Shown: positions 37,249 to 47,146, numbered from the stretch's first letter. The stretch: DNA of 64,000 nt from an uncultured Actinomycetes bacterium (GCA_963701125.1 OY969568.1:2895504-2959503); one strand, 5' to 3'. Made by a program: numbers and translations. Notes: generated by a model from the sequence alone, not told the origin.

Positions 37249-38760
37249 GCGAGGACATGGTCGTCGGCGTCGACGTCGGCTCGCAGGGGACGTGTGCCCA
37301 GGCGATCGCGGCCGACGGCACCCATGCCGCGACGAGCTACGTGCCGCATACGCTCTCCTACCCCGAGCCGGGATGGGCCGAGCAGGACGCGCATGAGTGG
37401 CTCGGAGCCGTCGCCCAGGCGCTGTCGGAGCTGCGGCGCGAGCTCCCCGGCCGGCCGTTCCGGGCGATCTCGTTCGGCTCGCAGCTCGACGGGCTCGTGC
37501 CCGCCGGTGCCGCCGGTGAGCCGCTCGGCCCGGCGCTCATCTGGATGGACCGCCGGGCCGGCGCGGAGTGCGACGCGGCCGCCGGGCGGATCGATCCGGC
37601 CCGCCTGCGCGAGCTGACGGGCTGCAACCTCGATCCGGGGCACGTCGCCGCGAAGATCGCGTGGCTCGCCGCCCACCGCGCCGGCCAGCACGCCGCCGCC
37701 CGCTGGTTCATGCTGCCCGGCTCCTACGTCGCCTGGCGGGCCTCGGGCGAGGTCGCCGTCGACCCGTCGAATGCCTCGTCGTCGATGCTGCTCGGGGTCG
37801 CAGTCGGGCGACTGGTCGCAGGAGGCGTGCGCCGCCTTCGGGATCGACCCCGCGAAGCTCCCGCCCGTGCGGCCGGCCGACAGCGTGCTCGGCCCGGTGG
37901 CGCCGTGGCTGCGCGATGCCGCCGGCCTCGACCCGGCGACGCTGGTCGTCCTCGGCTGCGGCGACGAGATGGCGGCGACCCTCGGCGCGGGCGTCGTCGA
38001 TCCGGGGGCGGTGTGCGACGTGATGGGCACCGCCGAGCCCGTCTGCGCCGTCGCCCCGGCGCCGGCGCTCGATCCCGACGCGGTCACCGAGCTGCATCCG
38101 CACGCGGTGCCGGGCGGCTGGCTGCTCGAGAACCCGGGCTGGCTCTCGGGCGGCGCCTATCGCTGGTTCCGCGACGAGCTCGGCTCGGTCGAGGCCGCGC
38201 GGGCGGCCGCCACCGGCGCCGACGTCTACGAGCTCCTGAACGACCTGGCTGCCGGTGTGCCCGCGGGCGCCGACGGCATCCTGTGGGTGCCCGCGCTTGC
38301 GGGGGCGATGGCGCCGGAGTGGAACGCCGATGCCCGCGCGGGCTGGTTCGGGCTGACCGCGGCACACGGCCGCGCCCACATGGCCCGCGCGCTGCTCGAG
38401 GGCAACGCCTATGCGCTGCGCGACGTGCTCGAGGCGATGGGCGCGGCGGGCCTCGACGCAACCGAGCTCGTGTGCGTCGCGGGCGGCGCGAAGGGCGACC
38501 TCCTGCGCCAGATCCGCGCCGACGTGACCGGCCTGCCGGTGACGCGGCCCGAAGATGTCGAGACGACCGCCCGTGGTGCGGCGATGCTGGCCGCGTCGGG
38601 CGCCGGCCTGCACCCCGATGCGCGCAGCGCGGCGCTCGCGATGGCCGGCCCGCGGGTCGAGCCCGTGTACCCCGACCCGGAGCGGCGCGCGCTCTACGAC
38701 GGCCTGCACCGCCGCCACCGCGACCTCTACGCGGCGCTTCGTCCACTCTTTACGGCATGA
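37245..38760 (+). pseudogene. FGGY-family carbohydrate kinase (xylulokinase-like), one +1 shift near 37800
   Basis: MVVGVDVGSQGTCAQAI...PGWAEQDAHEW...IWMDRRA...|SGDWSQEACAAFGID...LGCGDEMAATLGAG...GGAKGDLLRQIRADVTG.PV...E.TARGAAMLA. Confidence 0.8.
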
Positions 38761-40046
38761 CCCTCCCCGACAGCAAGATGGACGCGGCGCTTGCGAGCCT
38801 CGCCGGGTTCCCGCTCCTGGACGCCCTCTACGGCCGCCGCTCGCGCCGCTTCCCGATGGGCGGCCACATCCCCGACGGCCCGCTCGCATACCGCTCCGAG
38901 CACGCCCACGTGCCGCTCTCGGAGCTCGAGACGCTCCTCATCCTGACGACGATGTCCGGGACGACGGGCTGGCACTACGGCATCACCCGCCACGCCCGCT
39001 ACGCGCCGCACCTCGCCAACTACAACGGCGCCGCGGCCGGCCGCACGATCCCGTCGGCGGCGGGGTTTCACACCACCGAGCTCTTCTACACCGACGACAG
39101 CGGCCTCTACTACTTCCCCACCCGCGACGCGGGAGCGCTGGTCGACCCCGCCGTCGAGGAGTTGACGCCGGCGCTCATGATCGAGCGTCACCGCGATCGC
39201 ATCGTCAAGCTCTCCGGCGAGCGTCTGTACCTGCCGCGCGAGGAGCCCTATCTCGAGGGCCACAACACGTGGATCGCGAACGAGCCCGGCTCGCTGCTCG
39301 CGATCCCCGTGGCCGACATCGCCCAGCACCACATCGCGAACATCTGCTTCTTCACCCAGAACGGCTTCTGCATCTACGACGACCTGAACACGCGTCCGAT
39401 CCCCGGCATCGAGCGGTTCGAGGGCCTGGTGAACACGTCGGAGCCGGTGCCGCTCTCGTTCGTCGAGCAGTACTCGCTCACCGAGGCCACCGCCGAGCTG
39501 ATGACGTCGAGCTACAACGGCGCGCTGCTGCTGCAGGCGATCGGCCTGGGCGGATGGTCGTATGACGGCATCGAGCACATGGCGCTGCTCGGCGCATCCG
39601 GTGAGCCGGGCGTCCCCGGGCTCGGCTTCCGCTACGACACCGACCCGCGCTGGGGCGTTCCCAACCCGACCGGCCGCACCGACGGCACCTTCCACGCCTT
39701 CTGCCCGCCGCACTATCCGACCATGGCGGACGCGGTCGAGGCCTTCGCGCAGCGCAAGTTCGGGCCGGGCGGCCCCTACCACCCCGACACTCCCGGGGCG
39801 TGGAGCGAGTCGTCTGCGATCCGCGCGTCGGCCGAGCCGTACTCGGACGAGTTCAAGGCGTGTGTGACGCTGCAGTGCGACTACACCCTCGACACGTGGG
39901 GCAAGTTCCCGGGCACGGTGCCGAGCGTGTGGGTGATGAACGTGCTGCAGGCCCAGCACATCGACCTCGACTTCTACGACCGCTTCTTCCGGCCCGGCGC
40001 GGTGCTCGACACGCACCGGCGCCACTTCGAGGTGTGGCACCCGTGA
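38757..40046 (+). CDS. nitroreductase-superfamily (SagB/ThcOx-like) protein of unknown function
   Basis: 429 aa, intact. RRSRRF, L.ELETLL....G, GRTIPSAAGFHTTELFY and LLLQAIGLGGW resemble SagB-type dehydrogenase motifs. Large insertions relative to ordinary nitroreductases. ATGA/GTGA coupled to both neighbours. Confidence 0.55.
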   Translation: MTLPDSKMDAALASLAGFPLLDALYGRRSRRFPMGGHIPDGPLAYRSEHAHVPLSELETLLILTTMSGTTGWHYGITRHARYAPHLANYNGAAAGRTIPSAAGFHTTELFYTDDSGLYYFPTRDAGALVDPAVEELTPALMIERHRDRIVKLSGERLYLPREEPYLEGHNTWIANEPGSLLAIPVADIAQHHIANICFFTQNGFCIYDDLNTRPIPGIERFEGLVNTSEPVPLSFVEQYSLTEATAELMTSSYNGALLLQAIGLGGWSYDGIEHMALLGASGEPGVPGLGFRYDTDPRWGVPNPTGRTDGTFHAFCPPHYPTMADAVEAFAQRKFGPGGPYHPDTPGAWSESSAIRASAEPYSDEFKACVTLQCDYTLDTWGKFPGTVPSVWVMNVLQAQHIDLDFYDRFFRPGAVLDTHRRHFEVWHP

Positions 40047-41158
40047 GCGGCACGCGCATCGCGCGCGTCGAGGTGTACGGGTATGAGCTCACCTACCGCG
40101 GCGAGGAGTACGTGATGTCGGGCGGCCGCTCGATCGCATCGCTCGACTCGACGGTGGTGCGGGTGATCACCGCGGACGGCGTGGACGGCTACGGCGAGAC
40201 GTGCCCGCTCGGAAGCACCTACCTGGCGGCGCACGCCGAGGGCGCGCGGGCGGCGTTGCGCGAGCTCGCGCCGGCGGTGCTCGGCGCCGACGTCGCCGGA
40301 TTCGGCGTCCTTCACGACCGGATGGACGCCGTCCTCACCGGGCACGCCTACGCCAAGAGCGCCATCGACGTGGCGTGCTGGGACGCCGCCGGAAAGGCGC
40401 TCGGCGTCTCGGTCTCGACGCTTCTCGGCGGGCGCCGGCTCGAGTCGTTCCCGCTGTACGTGGCCGTGCCGCTCGGCCCGCCGCAGGCGATGGCCGACCA
40501 CGCTGCCCGGCTACGGGCCGACGGCATCACCCGGTTCCAGCTGAAGGTCGGCGACAGTCCCCGGGTCGATGCCGAGCGGGTGGCCGCGGTGCTCGCGGTG
40601 TGCGGGCCCGACGACGTCGTGATCGCCGACGCCAACGGCCGGTACACGACCCAGGCGGGCGTCGTCGCCGCGCGCCTGCTGGCCGGCTACGACGGCGTCT
40701 ACATCGAGCAGCCGTGCCCGACGGTCGAGGCGTGCAGCTACGTGCGCGAGCACACCGACCTGCCGTTCGTGCTCGACGAGTGCATCCATGACCCGGCCTC
40801 GCTCGTGCACGCCCACGACCTGCGCGCGCTCGAGGCGTTCAACCTGAAGATCTCCAAGGTGGGCGGCCTCACCAGGGCGCGGCAGATGCGCGACTTGGCC
40901 GAGTCGCTCGGGCTCTCGGTCACGGTCGAGGACACGTGGGGCGGCGACCTCGTGACGGCTGCCGTCGCGCACCTGGCGGCGACGACGCGCGAGCAGCATC
41001 TCTTCACCGTGTCCTTCATGAACGACTGGACGAACGAGCACGTCGCCGGCTATGCGCCGCGGTCGAGCGGCGGTCGTGGATCGGCGCCGACCACGCCGGG
41101 GCTCGGGATCGAGGTCGATCGGGCGGCCCTCGGCGCGCAACTTCAGACCTACGCCTAG
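40043..41158 (+). CDS. enolase-superfamily enzyme (mandelate racemase / muconate lactonizing enzyme family)
   Basis: 371 aa. KSAIDVACWD, FQLKVG, metal ligands DANG ... IEQP ... LDE, and NLKISKVGG. Confidence 0.85.
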   Translation: MSGTRIARVEVYGYELTYRGEEYVMSGGRSIASLDSTVVRVITADGVDGYGETCPLGSTYLAAHAEGARAALRELAPAVLGADVAGFGVLHDRMDAVLTGHAYAKSAIDVACWDAAGKALGVSVSTLLGGRRLESFPLYVAVPLGPPQAMADHAARLRADGITRFQLKVGDSPRVDAERVAAVLAVCGPDDVVIADANGRYTTQAGVVAARLLAGYDGVYIEQPCPTVEACSYVREHTDLPFVLDECIHDPASLVHAHDLRALEAFNLKISKVGGLTRARQMRDLAESLGLSVTVEDTWGGDLVTAAVAHLAATTREQHLFTVSFMNDWTNEHVAGYAPRSSGGRGSAPTTPGLGIEVDRAALGAQLQTYA

Positions 41159-41526
41159 CCTGCGGCGGGCGGCGTGGTCGAGTCCGGGCGATAGGTGGCA
41201 ATGTGCGACGCCGTCAGCGGCTCCGCCACGACGCCCGCAAAGGCCACCGACGGGAGGGCGTGGGCGAGCATCGATCGGGCCAGGTCTTCGGCCGCCGCGA
41301 CATCGGCCGCCTGCACGGTGACCGCGGCCTCGACATCGTCGCGCCGGCCGGGCGCGCCTCGTCGTGTGATCGAGAATCCACTGTCCGGCGCGACCTGCTC
41401 GACCCAGCGGTGCGCCGCCACCGCCTCGGATCGGCCCCACGCTGCGTCGGCGCTGTCGCGGATCGCCGAGTCGCGGCCGTTGGCCGTCACCCGCCAGGAT
41501 GGCTCGCCGGACTCTTCAGGAGACAC
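41155..41526 (-). CDS. hypothetical protein
   Basis: ORF downstream of the DapB-like gene with a GTG start candidate. No recognisable motifs. Confidence 0.3.
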   Translation of the reverse strand: MSPEESGEPSWRVTANGRDSAIRDSADAAWGRSEAVAAHRWVEQVAPDSGFSITRRGAPGRRDDVEAAVTVQAADVAAAEDLARSMLAHALPSVAFAGVVAEPLTASHIATYRPDSTTPPAAG

Positions 41527-41546
41527 CCCGCGAGCGTAGCACCGGC

Positions 41547-42359
41547 CTAGATCGGGTCGAAGAGCAGCCGGTCGAGGCCGCGCACGAGCCCGTCGATCTC
41601 GCACACGCGGGCGGCGGCAAGCAGCGAGCCCTGCACGAAGATGCCCGGGTCGCCCTGCTCGTCGTGGCGGATCACGAGCCGTTCCCCCGGCAGGCCGAAC
41701 ACGACCTCGACGGCCGGGCTCGAGCCGGGGAGGCGCAGCGAGTGCACGCGCCCGCCTCCGACCTCCGCGCCGCGCGCTTCCGGGGGGCCGATCGGCTCGG
41801 ACACGGCCGGCGCCGGCGGCGCCGCGCGCTCGCGGGCGAGCAGCTCGGCGAGCTCGCGGGCCGTGCCGCTGGGCGCGTCCGGCTTGCTCGCCGATCCGTA
41901 CTCGACGATCTCCCAGTCGGGCACGTGGCGGGCTGCGAACCGGGCCAGGTGCTGCATCAGGGCCGCCGTCATCGAGAAGTTCCCGGTCGCCGCGCCGACC
42001 CCGGCCGCGCGGGCGGCGGCGTCGATGCGCTCGAAATCGGCGTCGGTGAGGCCGGTCGTGCCGATGACGATCGGGATCGACCGGGTGAGCGCGACGTCGA
42101 CGTGGCTGCGGATGACCGCGGGATGCGTGTAGTCGATCACGACGTCCGGGCGGCGGTCGAGCGCGGCCTCGAGGTCATCCTCGACGCGCACGCCGATGGG
42201 GCGTCCCAGGACGAGCTCGCCGATATCTTGACCGGCCTTGCGGCGGGCGACGGCGGAATGAAGCGTGTATCCGTCGCCCGCGACGATCCCGGCCACGAGC
42301 GCGCGGCCGACGGCGCCCAGGGCGCCGCAAACGCTGATGTTGAGCTCGCCTCCCGCCAT
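41547..42359 (-). CDS. DapB-family (dihydrodipicolinate reductase-like) oxidoreductase
   Basis: 270 aa. GALGAVG Rossmann motif, VVIDYTHP, IGTTG, GNFS, KPDAPSGTA. The usual E-L-H-H segment is replaced by EIVEYGSAS. Confidence 0.7.
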   Translation of the reverse strand: MAGGELNISVCGALGAVGRALVAGIVAGDGYTLHSAVARRKAGQDIGELVLGRPIGVRVEDDLEAALDRRPDVVIDYTHPAVIRSHVDVALTRSIPIVIGTTGLTDADFERIDAAARAAGVGAATGNFSMTAALMQHLARFAARHVPDWEIVEYGSASKPDAPSGTARELAELLARERAAPPAPAVSEPIGPPEARGAEVGGGRVHSLRLPGSSPAVEVVFGLPGERLVIRHDEQGDPGIFVQGSLLAAARVCEIDGLVRGLDRLLFDPI

Positions 42360-42434
42360 GGTGGCGCCATCGTAGGCCGCGCCGTGTGATGCCTGCGCTC
42401 CCGTCTGCGCCGGCGAGGCCGTACACTCGGGGGG

Positions 42435-44306
42435 ATGCTGAGCGTCCCCGCCGACGCGACCGCCCACGTCGCCACACGGCCGGCGATCGTGCGCGTCGCC
42501 TGTCCGCAGGCGCGCCCCGCCGGGGAGTGCGGGTTCGTGCGCGTCCCGCTCGACCGCCGGTTCCCCAAGGGGCGTCAGATCCGGATCTACTTCGAGCGCT
42601 ATTTCCGCAACGAGCGCGCGCGGCCGCCGGTCTCGACCGTGCTCTCGATCGAGGGCGGGCCGGGGTTCTCGACAACGGCCGACCGCGCGGCGCGCATCCA
42701 GCTCTGGCGGCCGATCTCGGCCCGGCGCGACCTCGTGCTCGTCGATCTGCGCGGCACCGGCCGCTCGGGGGCGCTCAACTGTCCCGCCTTCCGCCGTCAC
42801 ATCCTGCCCTACGTCGTACGGGCGGGCCGCTGCGCGGCCCAGATCGGCCCGAAGCGCGACGACTACGACACGTCGCAATCGGTGCAGGACGTGCACGCCG
42901 TCCTCAAGGCGCTCGGCGTGGGCCGGGTCGACCTCTACGGCGACTCGTACGGGTCATACGCCGCCCAGGCCTTCGCGATCCGCTATCCGCACCGGCTGCG
43001 CTCGCTGGTGCTCGACGGCACCTACCAGCTTCCGGGTTCCGACCCTGCGCTGGCCGACATCGCCCAGAGCACGCGCAGCTCGCTTCGGCTCGCGTGCGAG
43101 CGCCGGCCCGGCTGCCCGGCCGGCGGCCACCCGATCGCGCTCATCGCGCGGCTCCTGCGCCGGGTGCGGGCGCATCCGATCTCGGGCGTCGCGCCCGATG
43201 CCGACGGGACGCGGATCCACGTGCAGGCCAATCCCGACACGCTGGCCCAGCTGCTCCAGTCCGGCTTCTACTACCAGGGCGTGTGGCGCGACATCTTCGC
43301 CGCGACGAACTCGGCGTTCGCCGGCGACACCGCGCCGCTCCTGCGGCTGGTCGCCGAGACGCTCACGACCGACGAGCCCAACGGCGATCCGCGCGAGTTC
43401 ACCGAGTCGCTCTACCTCTCGGTGATCTGCCACGACTATCCCGAGCTGTGGCCGGCCGGGACGCCCGTCGCCGACCGCCCTGCGATCGTGCGCTCGGCGC
43501 TGGCCGACTACTCACCGGCCGCGTTCGCGCCGTTCACCGCGAGCGAGTGGACCGGCATCGACTACGAGGGCGCGCTCGCCTGCCTGCGCTGGCCGTCGCC
43601 CGCGTTCTCGGATCCGCCGGTGCCCGCCGACGCGCCGTACCCCGATGTGCCCACGCTGATCCTGAACGGCGACCTCGACAACATCACGCCGCTCGCAGAC
43701 GCCCGGGTCGTCGCGTCGCGGTTCCCGCGAAGCACGCTCGTGGTGATGCAGAACAGCGGCCATGTGACGGCGCTCGAGGATCAGAACAACTGCGCCTCGG
43801 TGATCTACGAGCACTTCGTCCGCGACCTTGCGGCCGGGGACACCTCGTGCGCCTCACGGACACCGGAGGTGCGCGTCGTGCCGGCGTTCCCGCTCCACCT
43901 GTGGGGAGTCGCGCCCGCGCGCGCCGCGCCCGGCGACGGCTCGACGCTGCGCGACCGGCGCATCGCCGCCGCGAGCGCGGCCGCCGTGGCCGACGTCCTG
44001 CAGCGGTGGTGGGCGAACGTGGCCGGAAGCGGCGTCGGCCTGCGCGGAGGCACGTGGTCGTACAGCGGCGGGAACGTCACGACGTTCGTGCTGCGCGGGG
44101 TGGAGTTCGTCCCCGGCGTGCCGGTGACCGGAATGGTGCGCTGGAACTACACGACCGGCCGCGTCCGCGCCGCCGTGGTCGCGCGGGTCGGAAATACGGT
44201 CGAGCGCCTGCACATGGCGTGGTCGCTGCAGGTGCGCGCCGCGCGGGCGCGGATCGACGGCTCGGCCTCGAGCCGGCCGCTTCGCCTGCGCATGCTCGCA
44301 CCCTGA
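42435..44306 (+). CDS. alpha/beta hydrolase (TAP-like tripeptidyl aminopeptidase family)
   Basis: 623 aa. EGGPG oxyanion-type motif, nucleophile elbow GDSYGS, C-terminal TAP-like region (LNGDLD..TP ... GH). Confidence 0.8.
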   Translation: MLSVPADATAHVATRPAIVRVACPQARPAGECGFVRVPLDRRFPKGRQIRIYFERYFRNERARPPVSTVLSIEGGPGFSTTADRAARIQLWRPISARRDLVLVDLRGTGRSGALNCPAFRRHILPYVVRAGRCAAQIGPKRDDYDTSQSVQDVHAVLKALGVGRVDLYGDSYGSYAAQAFAIRYPHRLRSLVLDGTYQLPGSDPALADIAQSTRSSLRLACERRPGCPAGGHPIALIARLLRRVRAHPISGVAPDADGTRIHVQANPDTLAQLLQSGFYYQGVWRDIFAATNSAFAGDTAPLLRLVAETLTTDEPNGDPREFTESLYLSVICHDYPELWPAGTPVADRPAIVRSALADYSPAAFAPFTASEWTGIDYEGALACLRWPSPAFSDPPVPADAPYPDVPTLILNGDLDNITPLADARVVASRFPRSTLVVMQNSGHVTALEDQNNCASVIYEHFVRDLAAGDTSCASRTPEVRVVPAFPLHLWGVAPARAAPGDGSTLRDRRIAAASAAAVADVLQRWWANVAGSGVGLRGGTWSYSGGNVTTFVLRGVEFVPGVPVTGMVRWNYTTGRVRAAVVARVGNTVERLHMAWSLQVRAARARIDGSASSRPLRLRMLAP

Positions 44307-44336
44307 ATAAATCGGGCCTGGCCCGATTTATTCAGG
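44302..44336. terminator. bidirectional intrinsic terminator (16-bp stem, CTG loop) containing both convergent stop codons
   Basis: CCTGAATAAATCGGGC-CTG-GCCCGATTTATTCAGG. The TGA of the hydrolase gene (44304) and the TAA of the minus-strand kinase gene (44328-44330) lie inside the arms. Same core and loop as 31341-31377. Confidence 0.8.
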
Positions 44337-45782
44337 CAGCGGGATCTGGAACTCGAACGTCGTGCCCACTCCGGGGGTCGAGGTGACCCCCAGCGTGCCG
44401 CCGGCCGCGCGCAGACGCTCGCGGGTCGTGTCGAGGCCGATGTGCATCACCCGCCGCGACGGCCGCCCGGCGACGCGGAATCCGCGTCCGTCGTCGGTGA
44501 CGCGCCCGTGCAGCGCGCCCTTGCGCTCGCCGAGCCGGATCACGACGTTCTTGGCGCGCGCGTGCTTGCGGACGTTCAGAAGCGCCTCGCGGACCGTGCG
44601 GTAGACCAGCGTCTCGATCTCGCTGGGATATCGCCGCGACCGCGTCCGCACGCTGACCTCGGCGCCGGTGTCGCGGGCGAGCCCGGCGGCGAGGTTCCGG
44701 ATCGCGGCCGAGAGCCCGGCGGCCTCGAGCAGCTGGGGGCGCAGCTCGAACGTCAGCCGGCGGGTGCGGTCGGTGGCGTCGCCGAGCGCGCTGCGGGCGC
44801 CTGCGATCGCCCTGCGGGCGGCGGCGACATCGTCCTGGCGCAGCAGGCGGTCGCTGCGATCGAGCTCGTAGAGCGCCGCCGTCATCGCCTGGATCGTGTC
44901 GTCGTGGAGCGCGGCGGCGATCCGCGCGCGCTCGGCGTCCTCGGCGCGGATCATGCTCTCGAGCAGCGCCTGGCGGCGGCCCTCGGCGTCGCGCAGCCGC
45001 CGGGACATCTCCCGCTCCTCGGTCACGTCGCGGTAGTTCAGGACGATGCCCCGAACGGCGGGCTCGTCCAGCAGGTTGGTCGCGACGCCCGCCACCGTCC
45101 GCCAGGAGCCGTCGCGGTGGTGCAGCCGGAACTCGCCGGTGAGCTGACCGCCGGGCTGGTCGTGCAGGGCGGCGAGCACGGCCCGCGCCCGGGCCGCGTC
45201 GTCGGGCGGCATGAGGTCGAGGGGCGTGCGGCCCTCGAACCACTCCGGCGGCCGGCCCACGACCTTGCCCATCGTCGGGTTCTGGTAGACGACGACGCCC
45301 TGCTCGTTCACGATCGTCACCGCTTCGCCGGAGTTCTCCACGAGCGCCCGGAACAGGCGGCCGGCTCGCTCGGCGATCTCGTAGGACGTGCGCTCGTCGG
45401 TGACGTCGACGAGGATGCCGTGCACGAGCGGGTCATGGTCGGGTGCGGGGCGGATCAGGAGCGAGCGCTCGTGGATCCATCGCACGCGGCCGTCGGGCAG
45501 CACCACCCGGTACTCGTCGCTCGGCGGCCCGCCGGTGCGCATGAAGCGCTCGCTCTGGGCGACGACCCGGCCGCGGTCCTCCGGGTGGATGCGCTGCGAC
45601 CACACCTCGTAGCCGCTTGCCCATTCGGCCGGGGTGCAGCCGAAGACCGACTCGATCTGGTCGCTCACCCACACCGACGTGCCGTCCAGCCGATCGACGT
45701 AGAACGCCGCGGGCAGCGTCTCGACGAGCGCCGCCCACGGCGGCTCCAGGTCGCCCTGGTCGTCTGCGGGGCCGTCTGCCAC
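44328..45782 (-). CDS. PAS-domain sensor histidine kinase (2x PAS + HisKA_3 + HATPase_c)
   Basis: 484 aa. Two PAS-like modules, H-box ERARIAAALHDDTIQ, ATPase NVRKHA ... DDGRGF ... GVGTTFEFQIP. Confidence 0.85.
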   Translation of the reverse strand: MADGPADDQGDLEPPWAALVETLPAAFYVDRLDGTSVWVSDQIESVFGCTPAEWASGYEVWSQRIHPEDRGRVVAQSERFMRTGGPPSDEYRVVLPDGRVRWIHERSLLIRPAPDHDPLVHGILVDVTDERTSYEIAERAGRLFRALVENSGEAVTIVNEQGVVVYQNPTMGKVVGRPPEWFEGRTPLDLMPPDDAARARAVLAALHDQPGGQLTGEFRLHHRDGSWRTVAGVATNLLDEPAVRGIVLNYRDVTEEREMSRRLRDAEGRRQALLESMIRAEDAERARIAAALHDDTIQAMTAALYELDRSDRLLRQDDVAAARRAIAGARSALGDATDRTRRLTFELRPQLLEAAGLSAAIRNLAAGLARDTGAEVSVRTRSRRYPSEIETLVYRTVREALLNVRKHARAKNVVIRLGERKGALHGRVTDDGRGFRVAGRPSRRVMHIGLDTTRERLRAAGGTLGVTSTPGVGTTFEFQIPLPE

Positions 45783-45873
45783 CAGGCGGACATGTTCTCA
45801 CGCACCGGTTCGGCCCGCAATCACCGTTCCGGTGAGTTTTGCCCGGAATTCGGGTGAATTTACGACCGTGGGC

Positions 45874-47100
45874 TCAGGCGCTGGCGGCGTCGGGCGCGGG
45901 CACGCGCCACATGATCCAGGCGACCGGCGAGACGACGATCGCGGTTGCCCCGACGGCGAGCGCGCCGACGCCGGCCGTCTCGAGCCCGTAGCCGCCGATC
46001 AGCGCCAGCGACGCGCCGAGCAGCGAGGCGACGAGGTCGTTGAATCCGAGCAGCTTGCCGCGCTCGGCGGGACTCGTGCGGTCGGCCATCTGCGCCGTCG
46101 CCGCGACGAACGAGATGTTCCAGCCGATCCCCAGGCCGAAGAGGAGCAGCGCGGTCATCGGCACGCTGCCGAACCACTGCAGGCCGATTGTCGACGCTCC
46201 CATCACCACCAGCCCGGAGGCGAGCGCGGGCGTGCGCCCGACGCGGTCGATCAGCGCGCCGACGACGAGGACGAGCGCGTACATGCCGAGCACGTGGGCG
46301 CCGATGATCGGGAACACCGAGTCCTGCGAGTGGTGGTGCTCCTCGACGACCACGAACCCGGCCAGGTTCATCACCGACACCATCACACCGAAGCTGGCGA
46401 GTCCGGCAAGCATGGCGGGGATCACCCCGGGCCGGCGGATGATCTCGGCGAGCGGCGCCGCGGGTGCCGGGGGCAGGCTGCCGCCGCGGTCGTCGAGCAT
46501 CTGCCCGATCGCCCGCGGGTCGGGTCGCAGGAGCATCACGAGGACGAGCGGCACGAGCGCGATCCCGGCGGCGACGAGCCACGGAACGGTGAGGGCGTGG
46601 GCGTCGAGCCGGCGGTGGGCGAACATCGGGCTGAACACCGCCGGGCCGAGCACGGCGCCGACGACGGCGCCCGAGAGCACGTAGGAGATCCCGCGCGCCC
46701 GCCGCGCGGCGACGTACATGTCGCCCGCGGCCGCGCGGATCAGGAGCGACGTCGCCATGCCCGTTCCGATGAGCACGAAGCCGCCCAGGAGCAGCGGGGT
46801 CGAGCGCATGTGGGTCGCAAGCGCCGTCAGGGCACATCCGGCCGATGCGGCCAGAAAGCCCACTGCCAGCACGGGCCGGCGCCCGAACCGGTCCATCGAC
46901 CGGCCGGCGACGACCGCGGTCAGGCCGGACGACACAAGGAAGACGGCCGGCCCCAGGCCGAGCAGGCCACGCTCGCCGGTCACGAGCACGAACGTGACCG
47001 ACGAGACCGCGGAGGCGAGCTGGAGCACCACCGAATTCACGGCCGTCGTGGCGGCGAGGAGCAGCGTCGAGCGACGGACGGTGCGGTCGAGGTCGTGCAC
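45874..47100 (-). CDS. MFS transporter
   Basis: About 12 TM. GTG start at 47100 chosen to avoid overlap with the divergent gene; the ATG at 47172 is an alternative. Confidence 0.75.
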   Translation of the reverse strand: MHDLDRTVRRSTLLLAATTAVNSVVLQLASAVSSVTFVLVTGERGLLGLGPAVFLVSSGLTAVVAGRSMDRFGRRPVLAVGFLAASAGCALTALATHMRSTPLLLGGFVLIGTGMATSLLIRAAAGDMYVAARRARGISYVLSGAVVGAVLGPAVFSPMFAHRRLDAHALTVPWLVAAGIALVPLVLVMLLRPDPRAIGQMLDDRGGSLPPAPAAPLAEIIRRPGVIPAMLAGLASFGVMVSVMNLAGFVVVEEHHHSQDSVFPIIGAHVLGMYALVLVVGALIDRVGRTPALASGLVVMGASTIGLQWFGSVPMTALLLFGLGIGWNISFVAATAQMADRTSPAERGKLLGFNDLVASLLGASLALIGGYGLETAGVGALAVGATAIVVSPVAWIMWRVPAPDAASA

Positions 47101-47146
47101 CCGCGTAGCCTCGCAGATCGGCTCTGTGCCCCTATGATCGGCTCGA

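Noticed and set aside
35772-40046. Very long track ORFs: 1424 aa at 35772-40046, 1147 aa at 17644-21087, 913 aa at 5738-8479, 710 aa at 4111-6243 and 666 aa at 42386-44386.
   Set aside because: These are high-GC read-through artefacts. Long stretches are Arg/Ala/Pro/Gly-rich nonsense, and recognisable proteins occupy only parts of them. The 1424-aa ORF, for example, merely passes in-frame through pieces of the ADH, the GntR gene, the kinase and the 429-aa gene. Real gene boundaries were set from internal starts, RBSs and stop/start overlaps.
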